This document shows positions 1 through 9,265 of a stretch of 27,116 bases of DNA, in pieces (the first letter of the stretch is position 1; every line of letters starts with the position of its first letter). Origin of the DNA: Candidatus Dojkabacteria bacterium UBA5749 (lineage in GTDB: Bacteria; Patescibacteriota; Dojkabacteria; SC72); assembly GCA_002419125.1 (NCBI GenBank), contig DIFL01000038.1:982-28097 (forward strand), written 5' to 3'. The position numbers and the translations under genes were made by a program. The notes under the pieces are model-generated. The model worked only from the letters and a program-made list of their open reading frames with translations. It searched no databases and was not told the DNA's origin.

Positions 1-872
1 GCTCTATATTTCTCAATGGTATGCTTTAACTGTGCATATCCATCAAAAATATTCTCATTATACTGTTTACTCCACCAGTAAGGACTCCATTGAAAAAGGC
101 CTTTGTAATTACTCTTGTTTGATTCTGCATTACAACCAGATTCGCAATACATAATATATTTTAACCAATCCTTTTCTTCTGGGGAGTATGGACCTGAATC
201 AACAACAGAGTACCAGTATGGGCAGTTATACCCATGAGGTTCTATTCCATCTAATGTATACCAAGAGTAACCTATTTCGACAATCTCCTTCTGTGGATGT
301 TTTAATATAATTTCATCTATTAATACACTCCTTACTAATATTCCATCTTCATATGTATTTTCATAAACATCTTTCTTAACACCTAACACCCCTTCCTGAA
401 GAACCTTTTCTTGTCCTCTCAACAAATTGCTATTCTCTACTGTCTCACTTAAAAATGGAATCTCTTCTAAACTCTCAAACAACACACTATTTGTTCTAAC
501 TATTTTAATAATACTTCCATTAATTACATATTGAGTATTTAGGAATACATAATCATTCTTCTCAAGAATAAAACTATTCTCTTTTAAAATATCCTCAACT
601 GTTGTTAAGGTAGTTAATATCTTCACAACCTCATCACCTCTCTTAATAGAGATTAATTTAGGACCATATGAAACTTTTTCTCTAATTCTATCTGGTAGAA
701 ATAGGTACTCCTCAATTTTTGAATCTGAAATTTTAATATTCTCTTGGGCAAAGACCAGGTTCTTAGAGTAATAGAGTAAGAAAAAAGTTAAAAGGAGAAG
801 AGGAAGAAGAAAATAGAGAGAAGTTTTTAAAAAGTAGTTTTTATTGTTTTTGTGATATATTTCAGTGTCCAT
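1..872 (-). CDS. RpfB-like cell-wall protein: N-terminal membrane anchor, DUF348-like segment, G5 domain, lysozyme-like transglycosylase domain; 3' end runs off the window
   Basis: My translation from ATG at 872 (in-frame TAG just upstream) is open to position 1. It reads MDTEIYHKNNKNYFLKTSLYFLLPLLLLTFFLLYY (TM), then EEIPF..E.VENSNLLRGQEKVLQEGVLGVKK..YENTYEDG...EIVEIG (G5), then IMYCESGCNAESNKSNYKGLFQW (Rpf/lysozyme-like CESG...GLFQ). It is missing from the ORF track because no stop lies in the window. Confidence 0.85.
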   Translation of the reverse strand, partial: MDTEIYHKNNKNYFLKTSLYFLLPLLLLTFFLLYYSKNLVFAQENIKISDSKIEEYLFLPDRIREKVSYGPKLISIKRGDEVVKILTTLTTVEDILKENSFILEKNDYVFLNTQYVINGSIIKIVRTNSVLFESLEEIPFLSETVENSNLLRGQEKVLQEGVLGVKKDVYENTYEDGILVRSVLIDEIILKHPQKEIVEIGYSWYTLDGIEPHGYNCPYWYSVVDSGPYSPEEKDWLKYIMYCESGCNAESNKSNYKGLFQWSPYWWSKQYNENIFDGYAQLKHTIEKYR

Positions 873-901
873 AGAAGCCCATATACATTGGGACTACAGA
901 A

Positions 902-910
902 AGTATAGCA
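902..910 (-). promoter_or_regulatory. extended -10 promoter for the G5/Rpf gene
   Basis: Minus strand TG-C-TATACT, 30 nt upstream of the ATG at 872. Confidence 0.6.
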
Positions 911-941
911 TGATTGATAAAAGATGTGTAAAATGTCTAGT

Positions 942-2375
942 ATGAACAAAGGTATAAAAATTCTTTTTATGTTTCTCATTCTAGGATTCTCAGCTTTTTT
1001 TCTCTCTGGGTGTACTAACTCTGATGAGAAGTTAAGTGAATATGATAGGATAATTTCCGATTCTGACATTCTAATAGAGGGGAAACAATATACATTGGCT
1101 GTTGAGAAATTAAGTAATGCCTCTGAATTAATACCATCAAAAAAAGATGCTTTTGAAAGAATGGTAAAGATTTTCATATCTAAAAACAGAATGGAGGATG
1201 CAAGTAAAATTATTGAGGAGTCTGCAGGAAAACTTTCCCAAGATGATAGGGCAGAACTGTATACCTTAATTGGAGAGGCCTATTATAAAGTCAGAGACTT
1301 TGAAAAGGCACTGTATTCATATCAGTTAGCAGATGGCCTTTCGAGTAATTACAAACCAGCATTGTTAGGGATAGCAAAATCTTTTCTTCAAGTAGGAAAA
1401 ATAGAAAAAGCAAGAGCTTTGTTAGAAGAAAAATATGAGGGAGATATGCTAATAGAGGCTAAGTTAGTACTTTCATTTATACAAAGCATGACTGATGTTG
1501 AAAAAGCAAAAAATACTATTAAGGATGTAGATCCAGGAGACACATGGAGAGATAGTTATGTTAAGTGGGAGGAAGTGTTGGAGAGTATAGATGAGGACAA
1601 ACTATACAATCTTGCTAAATTAGGTAAAGAGTATGTTGATCAAGGATATCCATATTTAGCAATTGCATTACTTGAGCCAGAGGTAGGAAAGATGGATGAG
1701 TATATAGATGGAATATATATCTTAGGTAAGGCTTACTATGAGTATGGACAGTACCAAAAGAGTATTGATCTCTTAGAGAGTACTTCTTCTTTGGGAGACC
1801 TTAATCAATATATATATTGGGTATTAGCAAGAGACTATTTTGTTTTAAATGATATTAACAGTTCTTCTAACTACTATGATAATGCCATTGCATTCAGTGC
1901 GACCGAAGCGGATTATTTACTTTACACTGAATATCTAGATATTTTAATTGAAGAAAATCTTACAGAGAAAGCCCTAGAAGTTATGCGAAGTGCTGAAAAG
2001 AACTTTGTTGGTGAGAACTGGGTATCTATGTATTACATGTATATATATTCACTTCGGAGTGATAATGAGAAATTCTCCTACTATATGAACAGAATTGATT
2101 ACGAAGAATTAGATTCTTCAATGAAAACTAACTATCTTTACTCAAAGGGAGATTTCTTAATTAAGAGTGACCAATTAGAACAGGCTCAAGAGGTATTGGA
2201 TGTATTTTGGGAGTTAGATCAATATGAACCTAGGTACAACTTATTGGTTGCAAGATTGAATTTCGAAAATGGAGATCTTGAAAAAGCACGAGAGTATGCG
2301 AAAAAATGTCTAGAGTATGACCTCAATGGAGTAGTATCAAAAGAGTCTCAATCCCTCTTGGCTCAAATAGATTAG
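942..2375 (+). CDS. TPR-repeat lipoprotein
   Basis: Preferred start ATG 942 gives MNKGIK, a hydrophobic stretch and lipobox LSGC (Cys24). Repeated TPR-like helices follow (AELYTLIGEAYYKVRDFEKALYSYQLA, GIYILGKAYYEYGQYQKSIDLLE, YNLLVARLNFENGDLEKAREYAKKCL). Confidence 0.8.
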   Translation: MNKGIKILFMFLILGFSAFFLSGCTNSDEKLSEYDRIISDSDILIEGKQYTLAVEKLSNASELIPSKKDAFERMVKIFISKNRMEDASKIIEESAGKLSQDDRAELYTLIGEAYYKVRDFEKALYSYQLADGLSSNYKPALLGIAKSFLQVGKIEKARALLEEKYEGDMLIEAKLVLSFIQSMTDVEKAKNTIKDVDPGDTWRDSYVKWEEVLESIDEDKLYNLAKLGKEYVDQGYPYLAIALLEPEVGKMDEYIDGIYILGKAYYEYGQYQKSIDLLESTSSLGDLNQYIYWVLARDYFVLNDINSSSNYYDNAIAFSATEADYLLYTEYLDILIEENLTEKALEVMRSAEKNFVGENWVSMYYMYIYSLRSDNEKFSYYMNRIDYEELDSSMKTNYLYSKGDFLIKSDQLEQAQEVLDVFWELDQYEPRYNLLVARLNFENGDLEKAREYAKKCLEYDLNGVVSKESQSLLAQID

Positions 2376-2377
2376 TT

Positions 2378-2386
2378 TGATATAAT
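2378..2386 (+). promoter_or_regulatory. extended -10 promoter for fusA
   Basis: Perfect TG-A-TATAAT, 58 nt upstream of the fusA ATG. Confidence 0.7.
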
Positions 2387-2444
2387 CGATACCGCGTGAA
2401 TTCCTAAGTTTCCAATTAGGCTTTAATTTATATGATTTTTTAAT

Positions 2445-4547
2445 ATGCAAACCTATGATGTAAAGATGTCTCTTGAGCAAATCCGAAATATCGGAATTAT
2501 TGCCCATATAGATGCTGGAAAAACTACAACAACTGAAAGACTTTTGTACTTTACTGGACAGATACACAAGATGGGAGAAGTCCATGATGGAGCAGCTACT
2601 ACCGACTTTATGGAACAGGAAAGAGAAAGAGGTATTACCATTCAATCTGCTGCAGTAACATGTTTCTGGGACTATGATAGTAAGAGATATAGAATAAATA
2701 TCATTGATACTCCGGGTCATGTAGATTTTACTGCGGAGGTGGAAAGGTCTTTAAGAGTATTAGATGGTGCAGTAGTAATTTTTGATGGGAGAAAGGGTGT
2801 AGAGCCTCAATCTGAAACAGTATGGAGGCAAGCAAATAAGTACCATGTTCCTAGAATATGTTTCTTAAACAAGATTAATTTAATAGGTGGAGATTTTGAT
2901 AAAAGTTTCTCTACAATTAAACAGAGATTAAGTAATAAGGCGGTAGCTATTACAATCCCCCTTGGAAGAGAGAGTGAGTTGTATGGATATATTGATTTAC
3001 TTTTGAATAAGGCATTTAAATATAATTCTGCAGAGTCAGAAGAAATGGTAGAAATTCCAATACCAGAAGAATTAAAGAGTAAAGCCAAGGAACAGAGAGT
3101 TACTCTAATAGAAGCATTGGTAGAAATGGATGATAAGTTAATGGAGAAATTCTTTGCTGGAGAAGAGATATCAGTTGAAGAATTAAAGGCTGCATTAAGA
3201 AAAGGTACTTTAGAAAGTAAACTCTTTCCAGTATTAGGAGGAGACTCAAGAACAGTAATGGCTAAAACATTACTAGACTACATTACTTTATGTTTGCCTT
3301 CCCCTTTAGATGTTCCCCCCGTACAAGGAGATCATCCCAAAACAGGAGCAGAAATAGAAAGAAAGCCTAATGAAAATGAACCTTTCTGTGGGTTAGTATT
3401 TAAGATTGTAAATGATTCTCATATTGGAAATCTTTCTTACTTTAGAGTCTACTCTGGTACCGTAAGTTCTGGTTCGTATGTTTACAATTCAACTAAAGAT
3501 GTGAGAGAGAGAATTAGTAGGTTGGTCCTTATGCATGCTGATGATAGAGAGGAAGTAGATACACTAAGAGCTGGAGATATCGGAGCTATTGTTGGACTTA
3601 AGGTTTCTGTAACAGGAGATACTCTTTGTGATGAAAACAATCCAATTATTCTTGAACAGATTACATTTGCCGAACCAGTAGTATCTCAAGCAATAGAACC
3701 TGCAACTAAGTCTGATGAAGAGAAAATGTCTGAAGCTTTAATTAGGTTGGTAAGAGAAGATCCAACATTTAAAGTAGAGAGTAACGTTGAAACAGGTCAG
3801 ACCATAATATCTGGAATGGGAGAGCTTCATCTTGAAATTATGGTAGATAGAATGAAGAGAGAGTTTAATGTAGTTGCTAATGTCGGAAAGCCACAGGTTG
3901 CATATAGAGAAACTGTTAAGGGGGTATGTGAACGAGTAGAGGGAAGATATATTAAACAATCAGGTGGTAAGGGACAGTATGGACATTGTTGGCTTAAGAT
4001 TGAGCCTAACGAAAAGGGCAAAGGTTTTGAATTTATTAACGCTATTAAGGGAGGTGCAATTCCTCGTGAGTTTATTGCTCCAATTGAAAAAGGAATAATA
4101 GAAACTATGAAGGCTGGTGTTGTAGCAGGGTATCCAGTAGTAGATGTTAAAGTTACAGTTTTTGATGGTTCATACCATGAGGTAGACTCATCTGAAGCAG
4201 CTTTTAAAATTGCTGCCTCTATGGCATTTAAAGATGGATGTAGAAAAGCACAACCAATACTTCTGGAACCAATTATGGATGTAGCAGTAGAAGTACCTCA
4301 ACAATACATGGGAGATGTAACAGGTTCTCTAAGTAGTAAAAGAGGTCAGATTCAGGGAACTGAAGATTTGGGAAATGGTATTACCGTTATTAATGCGTTA
4401 GTTCCTTTAGCAGAGCTATTTGGATATACTAGTGAACTTAGATCTTTAACCAGTGGAAGGGGTAGTGCTAGTATGGAACCCTCCCATTATGCTGAAGTCC
4501 CAAAGAATGTTGCACAAGAGGTTGCAGGGGATCAAACTGCGAAGTAG
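2445..4547 (+). CDS. fusA: Elongation factor G
   Basis: IRNIGIIAHIDAGKTTTTER, ERERGITIQSAA, DTPGHVDF, LEPIM; 700 aa. Confidence 0.99.
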   Translation: MQTYDVKMSLEQIRNIGIIAHIDAGKTTTTERLLYFTGQIHKMGEVHDGAATTDFMEQERERGITIQSAAVTCFWDYDSKRYRINIIDTPGHVDFTAEVERSLRVLDGAVVIFDGRKGVEPQSETVWRQANKYHVPRICFLNKINLIGGDFDKSFSTIKQRLSNKAVAITIPLGRESELYGYIDLLLNKAFKYNSAESEEMVEIPIPEELKSKAKEQRVTLIEALVEMDDKLMEKFFAGEEISVEELKAALRKGTLESKLFPVLGGDSRTVMAKTLLDYITLCLPSPLDVPPVQGDHPKTGAEIERKPNENEPFCGLVFKIVNDSHIGNLSYFRVYSGTVSSGSYVYNSTKDVRERISRLVLMHADDREEVDTLRAGDIGAIVGLKVSVTGDTLCDENNPIILEQITFAEPVVSQAIEPATKSDEEKMSEALIRLVREDPTFKVESNVETGQTIISGMGELHLEIMVDRMKREFNVVANVGKPQVAYRETVKGVCERVEGRYIKQSGGKGQYGHCWLKIEPNEKGKGFEFINAIKGGAIPREFIAPIEKGIIETMKAGVVAGYPVVDVKVTVFDGSYHEVDSSEAAFKIAASMAFKDGCRKAQPILLEPIMDVAVEVPQQYMGDVTGSLSSKRGQIQGTEDLGNGITVINALVPLAELFGYTSELRSLTSGRGSASMEPSHYAEVPKNVAQEVAGDQTAK

Positions 4548-4593
4548 TTGATACAAATGGAAGATATAAAATAGAGAGAGTGTAAATAAACAC

Positions 4594-4622
4594 TTGCATT
4601 AATAGTCTCTTTTTGATAATAT
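4594..4622 (+). promoter_or_regulatory. sigma70-type promoter for tuf and the S10 operon
   Basis: TTGCAT(4594-4599), 17-nt spacer, TAATAT(4617-4622), with TG at 4614-4615 (extended -10). Confidence 0.65.
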
Positions 4623-4709
4623 TCCATGCGTACTCTAATGTTTAATAAAATTGGGTATTGTATTGTTAATAACAATATTAAATATATATAAATTAATTAA
4701 AATATATTC

Positions 4710-5876
4710 ATGGCAGATTACGAAAGAACAAAGCCACACATGAATATCGGTACCTTGGGTCATATCGATCACGGTAAGACTACATTGGTAAGAGGTATTC
4801 TAAATGCTTTCTCAGGGGAGAAAGATAAAATGCTTGACAAATTAGATAAAGATCCAGAGTCAAGAGCAAAATCTATTACAGTAGCAGTTGCTCATGTCGA
4901 GTTTGAAACAGATACTAGACACTATGCATTAGTAGATTGTCCAGGACATAAAGACTACATCAAAAATATGATTACTGGTGCAGCTCAGATGGACGGTGCA
5001 ATATTAGTAGTTTCTTCTGATGATGGTGCTATGCCTCAGACTAAAGAGCATATCTTACTTGCAAAGCAGGTAGGTGTACCAAAGATGCTTGTTTACATAA
5101 ACAAATTTGGAGATGCTGATGAGGAGATATTGGAATTAATCAAAGCAGACGTTTCAGATCTTTTAGGAAAATATGGATTTGATGCAAATGCTCCAATTAT
5201 TGTTGGGAATGCTTTGAGTGCACAGAAGGGTGAGGAGGAAGGACTTGCTTCTGCTAGAGAATTAATAAAGGCAGTTGATGAATATCTTGAGATTCCAGAG
5301 AGAGATGTTGAGAAACCATTCCTTATGCCTATTGAAGATGTATTCTCAATTGAAGGAAGAGGAACAGTTGTAACAGGAAGAATTGAAAGAGGTGTTCTAA
5401 AGCTTAACGAAGAGGTGGAGATACTTGGAATGGGAAGAAAGCCACAGAAGACAGCAGCTACTGGTATTGAAATGTTTAATAAATCAATGAAAGATTGTCA
5501 GGCAGGGGATAATGTTGGTATCTTACTTAGAGGTCTAAAAAGAACTGATGTTGAGAGAGGACAAACACTCTCCAAACCAGGTTCAGTAGAAACTCATACA
5601 GAGTTTAAGGCGCAGGTATATATCTTAAGTAAAGAAGAGGGTGGAAGACACACTCCATTTATAACTGGATATAAGCCTCAGTTCTATGTAAGAACAGCAG
5701 ATGTAACTGGAGAAGTCACATTAGCAGAGGGAACAGAGATGGTAGCACCAGGAGATAATACTGAATTTAGTGTTAAATTAGTTGCTCCTGTCGTTCTTGA
5801 AAAAGGTCAAGGATTTGCAATTAGAGAGGGTGGTTCAACAGTAGGTAAGGGAATAGTTACCGAGGTTATCAAGTAA
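4710..5876 (+). CDS. tuf: Elongation factor Tu
   Basis: [56 protein letters not shown]; 388 aa. Confidence 0.99.
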   Translation: MADYERTKPHMNIGTLGHIDHGKTTLVRGILNAFSGEKDKMLDKLDKDPESRAKSITVAVAHVEFETDTRHYALVDCPGHKDYIKNMITGAAQMDGAILVVSSDDGAMPQTKEHILLAKQVGVPKMLVYINKFGDADEEILELIKADVSDLLGKYGFDANAPIIVGNALSAQKGEEEGLASARELIKAVDEYLEIPERDVEKPFLMPIEDVFSIEGRGTVVTGRIERGVLKLNEEVEILGMGRKPQKTAATGIEMFNKSMKDCQAGDNVGILLRGLKRTDVERGQTLSKPGSVETHTEFKAQVYILSKEEGGRHTPFITGYKPQFYVRTADVTGEVTLAEGTEMVAPGDNTEFSVKLVAPVVLEKGQGFAIREGGSTVGKGIVTEVIK

Positions 5877-5885
5877 GTAAGTTAA

Positions 5886-5909
5886 ACAGGGAGGAGTAAT
5901 CCTCCCTGT
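5886..5909 (+). terminator. Strong hairpin between tuf and rpsJ (terminator-like or stabilizer; lacks a U-tract)
   Basis: ACAGGGAGGA-GTAA-TCCTCCCTGT: perfect 10-bp stem with a GNRA loop. Confidence 0.5.
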
Positions 5910-5941
5910 ACTTAAAGTTTAATTTAGCTCTTTAAGATAGA

Positions 5942-6253
5942 ATGAGTGAAACAGGTTCAAAAATTAGGGTCAAGTTAAAAGGATACGATGCTGTTGTACT
6001 AGATAAGTCTTCAAAAAGTATTATTGAGACTGCAATAAGTACAGGAGCCAAAGTGGCAGGTCCAATACCTCTTCCAACAAGAAGAAGAAAGGTTGCAGTA
6101 AATAGATCTCCATTCATCTATAAGAGTTCAATTGAACATTTTGAGATCGGTACTCACAAAAGAGTAATAGATATTATCGATCCAACACCAAAGACCATCG
6201 ATGCTTTGCAGCATCTTCAAATGCCTGCAGGTGTAGGTATCGAGATTCAATAA
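5942..6253 (+). CDS. rpsJ: 30S ribosomal protein S10
   Basis: [24 protein letters not shown]; first gene of the S10 cluster. Confidence 0.98.
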   Translation: MSETGSKIRVKLKGYDAVVLDKSSKSIIETAISTGAKVAGPIPLPTRRRKVAVNRSPFIYKSSIEHFEIGTHKRVIDIIDPTPKTIDALQHLQMPAGVGIEIQ

Positions 6254-6262
6254 TAGAAATAT

Positions 6263-6850
6263 ATGAAAGCAATATTAGGAATTAAAAAAGGAATGACAAG
6301 AGTTTTTGAAAATGACAGGGCTATACCTGTTACTCTTGTTGATGTCGCTGGATGTAAGATTGCTAATATTCGAAATGGTAAGGTTGAATTAGTATTAGGT
6401 AGTAAAAAGAAAGGTACTAAAGCTCAATTAGGTCAGTACAAGGAGATAGGGTATGTACCAATGCATAGATGGTTAGTCAAGGGGGAAATACCTGAAGGTT
6501 TAAAACTTGGAAGTGATATGGTTGCAGAAACATTTAATAAAGGAGATGTAGTAGCTATATGTGGAATCTCAAAAGGAAAAGGTTTTGCTGGTGTAGTTAA
6601 AAGGCATGGGTTTAAAGGTGGACCTAGAACACACGGTCAATCTGATAGATTGAGAGCACCAGGTTCAATTGGAGCTGGTTCCTCTCCAGGAAGGGTCTTT
6701 AAAGGAACAAGAATGGGTGGAAGAATGGGTTCTGATACTGTAACGATAAAGAACAAGAGAGTTGTTGATATTAAAGAAAACTACATATTGATTAGTGGTC
6801 CAATACCAGGTTCTAATGGAGATTTAGTAAAAATATATATTCAGGAATAG
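6263..6850 (+). CDS. rplC: 50S ribosomal protein L3
   Basis: GIKKGMT, SKGKGFAGVVKRHGF, RAPGSIG, GRVFKG..MGGRMG. Confidence 0.98.
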   Translation: MKAILGIKKGMTRVFENDRAIPVTLVDVAGCKIANIRNGKVELVLGSKKKGTKAQLGQYKEIGYVPMHRWLVKGEIPEGLKLGSDMVAETFNKGDVVAICGISKGKGFAGVVKRHGFKGGPRTHGQSDRLRAPGSIGAGSSPGRVFKGTRMGGRMGSDTVTIKNKRVVDIKENYILISGPIPGSNGDLVKIYIQE

Positions 6851-6852
6851 AT

Positions 6853-7461
6853 ATGGCAGAAAAAGTAAAAAAAGAAAAAACAGTTGAAGAGATAAAGTTA
6901 AATCCAAAGGTATGGGCAGTTCCATATAACTCAGATTTAATCGCACAGGTATTGAGTGTATATTCAAGTAATGAAAGAAAAGGGACTTCATCTGTTAAGG
7001 GTAAGGGTGATGTATCAGGAGGTGGAAAGAAACCATGGAAACAGAAAGGTACTGGAAGAGCTCGTTCTGGTTCTATCAGATCCCCATTATGGGTAGGTGG
7101 TGGTGTGGCATTTGGGCCCAATATTAGAAATTGGAAGAAAAGTATTAACAAGGGGATGGTAAGAAAAGCAATGTGTGTAGTTCTTTCTGAGAGAAATAGG
7201 AATGAGGCTGTTAAGTTTGTAAATACGAACTCTTCAAAAGAGTTAAAGGATATTAGGAAGAATGTAATGGAAGATGTTAACAAGAAAGCCTTGTTAATTA
7301 CAAATGATGAGAAAGTTAAATTAGCACTAAGAAACAGTAAAGGAATAACTGTGATTACTCCTATGGGTGTTAATGTAAAACATCTTGTAAATAGTAGAGA
7401 GATTCTAATTGAGAAAGAGGTAGTTAATATTTTAGAAGAGAGGCTATTAAATGGAAAGTAA
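6853..7461 (+). CDS. rplD: 50S ribosomal protein L4
   Basis: GGGKKPWKQKGTGRARSGSIRSPLWVGGGVAFGP. Confidence 0.98.
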   Translation: MAEKVKKEKTVEEIKLNPKVWAVPYNSDLIAQVLSVYSSNERKGTSSVKGKGDVSGGGKKPWKQKGTGRARSGSIRSPLWVGGGVAFGPNIRNWKKSINKGMVRKAMCVVLSERNRNEAVKFVNTNSSKELKDIRKNVMEDVNKKALLITNDEKVKLALRNSKGITVITPMGVNVKHLVNSREILIEKEVVNILEERLLNGK

Positions 7462-7747
7462 GGAAATTGTATTAAAACCAGTGGTTTCAGAAAAGAGCTA
7501 CTCTTTGGCAAATGAGGGTAACAAGTATGTATTTTTTGTTGACAGTGGTGTTAATAAAATTGAAATTAAGAGTGCTGTGGAGAAGAAATATAAGGTAAAG
7601 GTTTTGGATGTAAATATAACAGTAAGAATAGGTAAAAGTTTTAGAGATTACAAAACTAACAAATCGTTTAGAAAAGAAGATAAAAAGAAAGCAGTAGTAA
7701 CCCTTAAAAAGGGAGATAAAATTGATGAATTTTTAAATATAACATAA
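7451..7747 (+). CDS. rplW: 50S ribosomal protein L23
   Basis: PVVSEKS, NKIEIKSAVEK, KKAVVTL; gene order. Confidence 0.97.
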   Translation: MESKEIVLKPVVSEKSYSLANEGNKYVFFVDSGVNKIEIKSAVEKKYKVKVLDVNITVRIGKSFRDYKTNKSFRKEDKKKAVVTLKKGDKIDEFLNIT

Positions 7748-8595
7748 TGGGAGTAAAAGCATTTAAACCAACAACCTCGTCACTTAGAGGAACAAAGTTA
7801 GAAGACAGATCAATGCTTGAAAAAGATGGTGGTCCAAAGGCACTCTCCATTTCTAAAAAACAGAGATCTGGAAGAAACAATCAAGGAAAGATTACAATTC
7901 GACACAGAGGTGGTGGTTTTAAGAGAAGAGTTAGGGTAATAGATTTTAAAAGAGACAAATTTGGAGTACAGGCAGAAGTTCTGGGTTTGTATTTTGATCC
8001 AAATAGGAGTGCACACTTAGCACTTTTACAGTATGCAGACGGGGAAAAAAGATATATAATTGCACCTCGTGGGATAAAAGCAGGAAATAAAGTCATTTCT
8101 GGTGAGAAGGTAGATGTTTTACCAGGTAATGCAATGATGATTAAAAATATTCCATCGGGTACGATAGTTCACTGTGTAGAAAATATGGCTGGAAAGGGTG
8201 CTACATTCGGGAGATCTGCGGGTCAGGCAATAATTGTTCAAGGTATTGATTCAACTGGTAAGTATGTACAGATTAAAATGCCTTCTGGAGAAATTAGATT
8301 AGTTCCTGCAGATGGAATGGCAACAATTGGACAGGTAGGTAATGAAGAGAGAGTAAATGTAAAGTTGGGTAAGGCTGGGAGAAAAAGGAACTTAGGTAAG
8401 AGACCAGAAGTAAGAGGAATGGCTATGCATGCAGTTGAACATCCACACGGAGGTGGTGAAGGTAAAGGTGTAATTGGTAGAGCTAAAGATATTTGGGGTA
8501 ATAGGATTGGAACAAGGACCAGAAATAACAAGAGAACCGAAAGATTAATAATTAAGAGAAGAAGGAGTCCACAAAGACCCTTTGCTAAGAAATAA
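7747..8595 (+). CDS. rplB: 50S ribosomal protein L2
   Basis: GRNNQGKITIRHRGGG, DPNRSA, VRGMAM..VEHPHGGGEG. Confidence 0.99.
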   Translation: MGVKAFKPTTSSLRGTKLEDRSMLEKDGGPKALSISKKQRSGRNNQGKITIRHRGGGFKRRVRVIDFKRDKFGVQAEVLGLYFDPNRSAHLALLQYADGEKRYIIAPRGIKAGNKVISGEKVDVLPGNAMMIKNIPSGTIVHCVENMAGKGATFGRSAGQAIIVQGIDSTGKYVQIKMPSGEIRLVPADGMATIGQVGNEERVNVKLGKAGRKRNLGKRPEVRGMAMHAVEHPHGGGEGKGVIGRAKDIWGNRIGTRTRNNKRTERLIIKRRRSPQRPFAKK

Positions 8596-8612
8596 TTTAG
8601 TAATTAGTATAT

Positions 8613-8918
8613 ATGTCTAGGTCACTAAAAAAGGGAGCATATGTTGATGAGAAATTACAAAAGAAAGTAGATCAGGCACTTGCAACTGGTGTTAGAAAGC
8701 CTATTAAAACATGGGCAAGAGCATCTACTATAACTCCTCAAATGGTTGGATTAACATTTGGAATACATAATGGTAAGAAACATGAAGAGGTGTTAATAGA
8801 AGAATCAATGATAGGTCACAGATTAGGTGAGTTTTCCTTGACTAGAAAATTTAAAGGTCATGCTAAGAAAGGGAAATTAGCTAAAGTATATGGAAGTAGT
8901 GGTAGATTTGAAGAATAA
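8613..8918 (+). CDS. rpsS: 30S ribosomal protein S19
   Basis: [33 protein letters not shown]. Confidence 0.98.
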   Translation: MSRSLKKGAYVDEKLQKKVDQALATGVRKPIKTWARASTITPQMVGLTFGIHNGKKHEEVLIEESMIGHRLGEFSLTRKFKGHAKKGKLAKVYGSSGRFEE

Positions 8919-8923
8919 AAAAT

Positions 8924-9265
8924 ATGGAAGATAAAAAGATAAAAACAAAAGTTAAAAATATAGCACAATCTCCTCAGAAATTGAGGTTGGTTGTAGATTT
9001 AGTCAGAGGTAAGGATGTAAACGAGGCTTTAGATATTTTGCAGTTTACCAATAAAAAGGGAACGATATATGTTATTAAGGCAATAAAATCTGGTATAGCA
9101 GCAGCAGGAGAAATATCGGGAGCTAAAAGTGAGGACTTAAAAATAAAAGAGATTTCTGTTGATGGAGCGCAAACAGTTAAAAGAGGAAGATTTGCTTCAA
9201 GGGGAAGGTCTTCAAGAATATTAAAAAGAAGATCGCATCTTAATTTAGAACTAGAAGTTAAATAA
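8924..9265 (+). CDS. rplV: 50S ribosomal protein L22
   Basis: SPQKLRLVVDLVRGK, RGR..RILKR.SH. Confidence 0.97.
   Translation: MEDKKIKTKVKNIAQSPQKLRLVVDLVRGKDVNEALDILQFTNKKGTIYVIKAIKSGIAAAGEISGAKSEDLKIKEISVDGAQTVKRGRFASRGRSSRILKRRSHLNLELEVK

Noticed and set aside
827-1177. 116-aa minus-strand ORF from the ORF track
   Set aside because: Antisense to the TPR lipoprotein and out of frame with the real minus-strand gene starting at 872; no motif.
6813-7511. 232-aa antisense ORF over rplD, plus similar shadows (2337-2720, 9836-10153, 13696-14124, 23697-24086, 26535-26771 and others)
   Set aside because: F/L/S-rich mirror frames expected opposite Lys/Glu-rich, purine-rich genes; they fully overlap conserved genes and have no independent signals.
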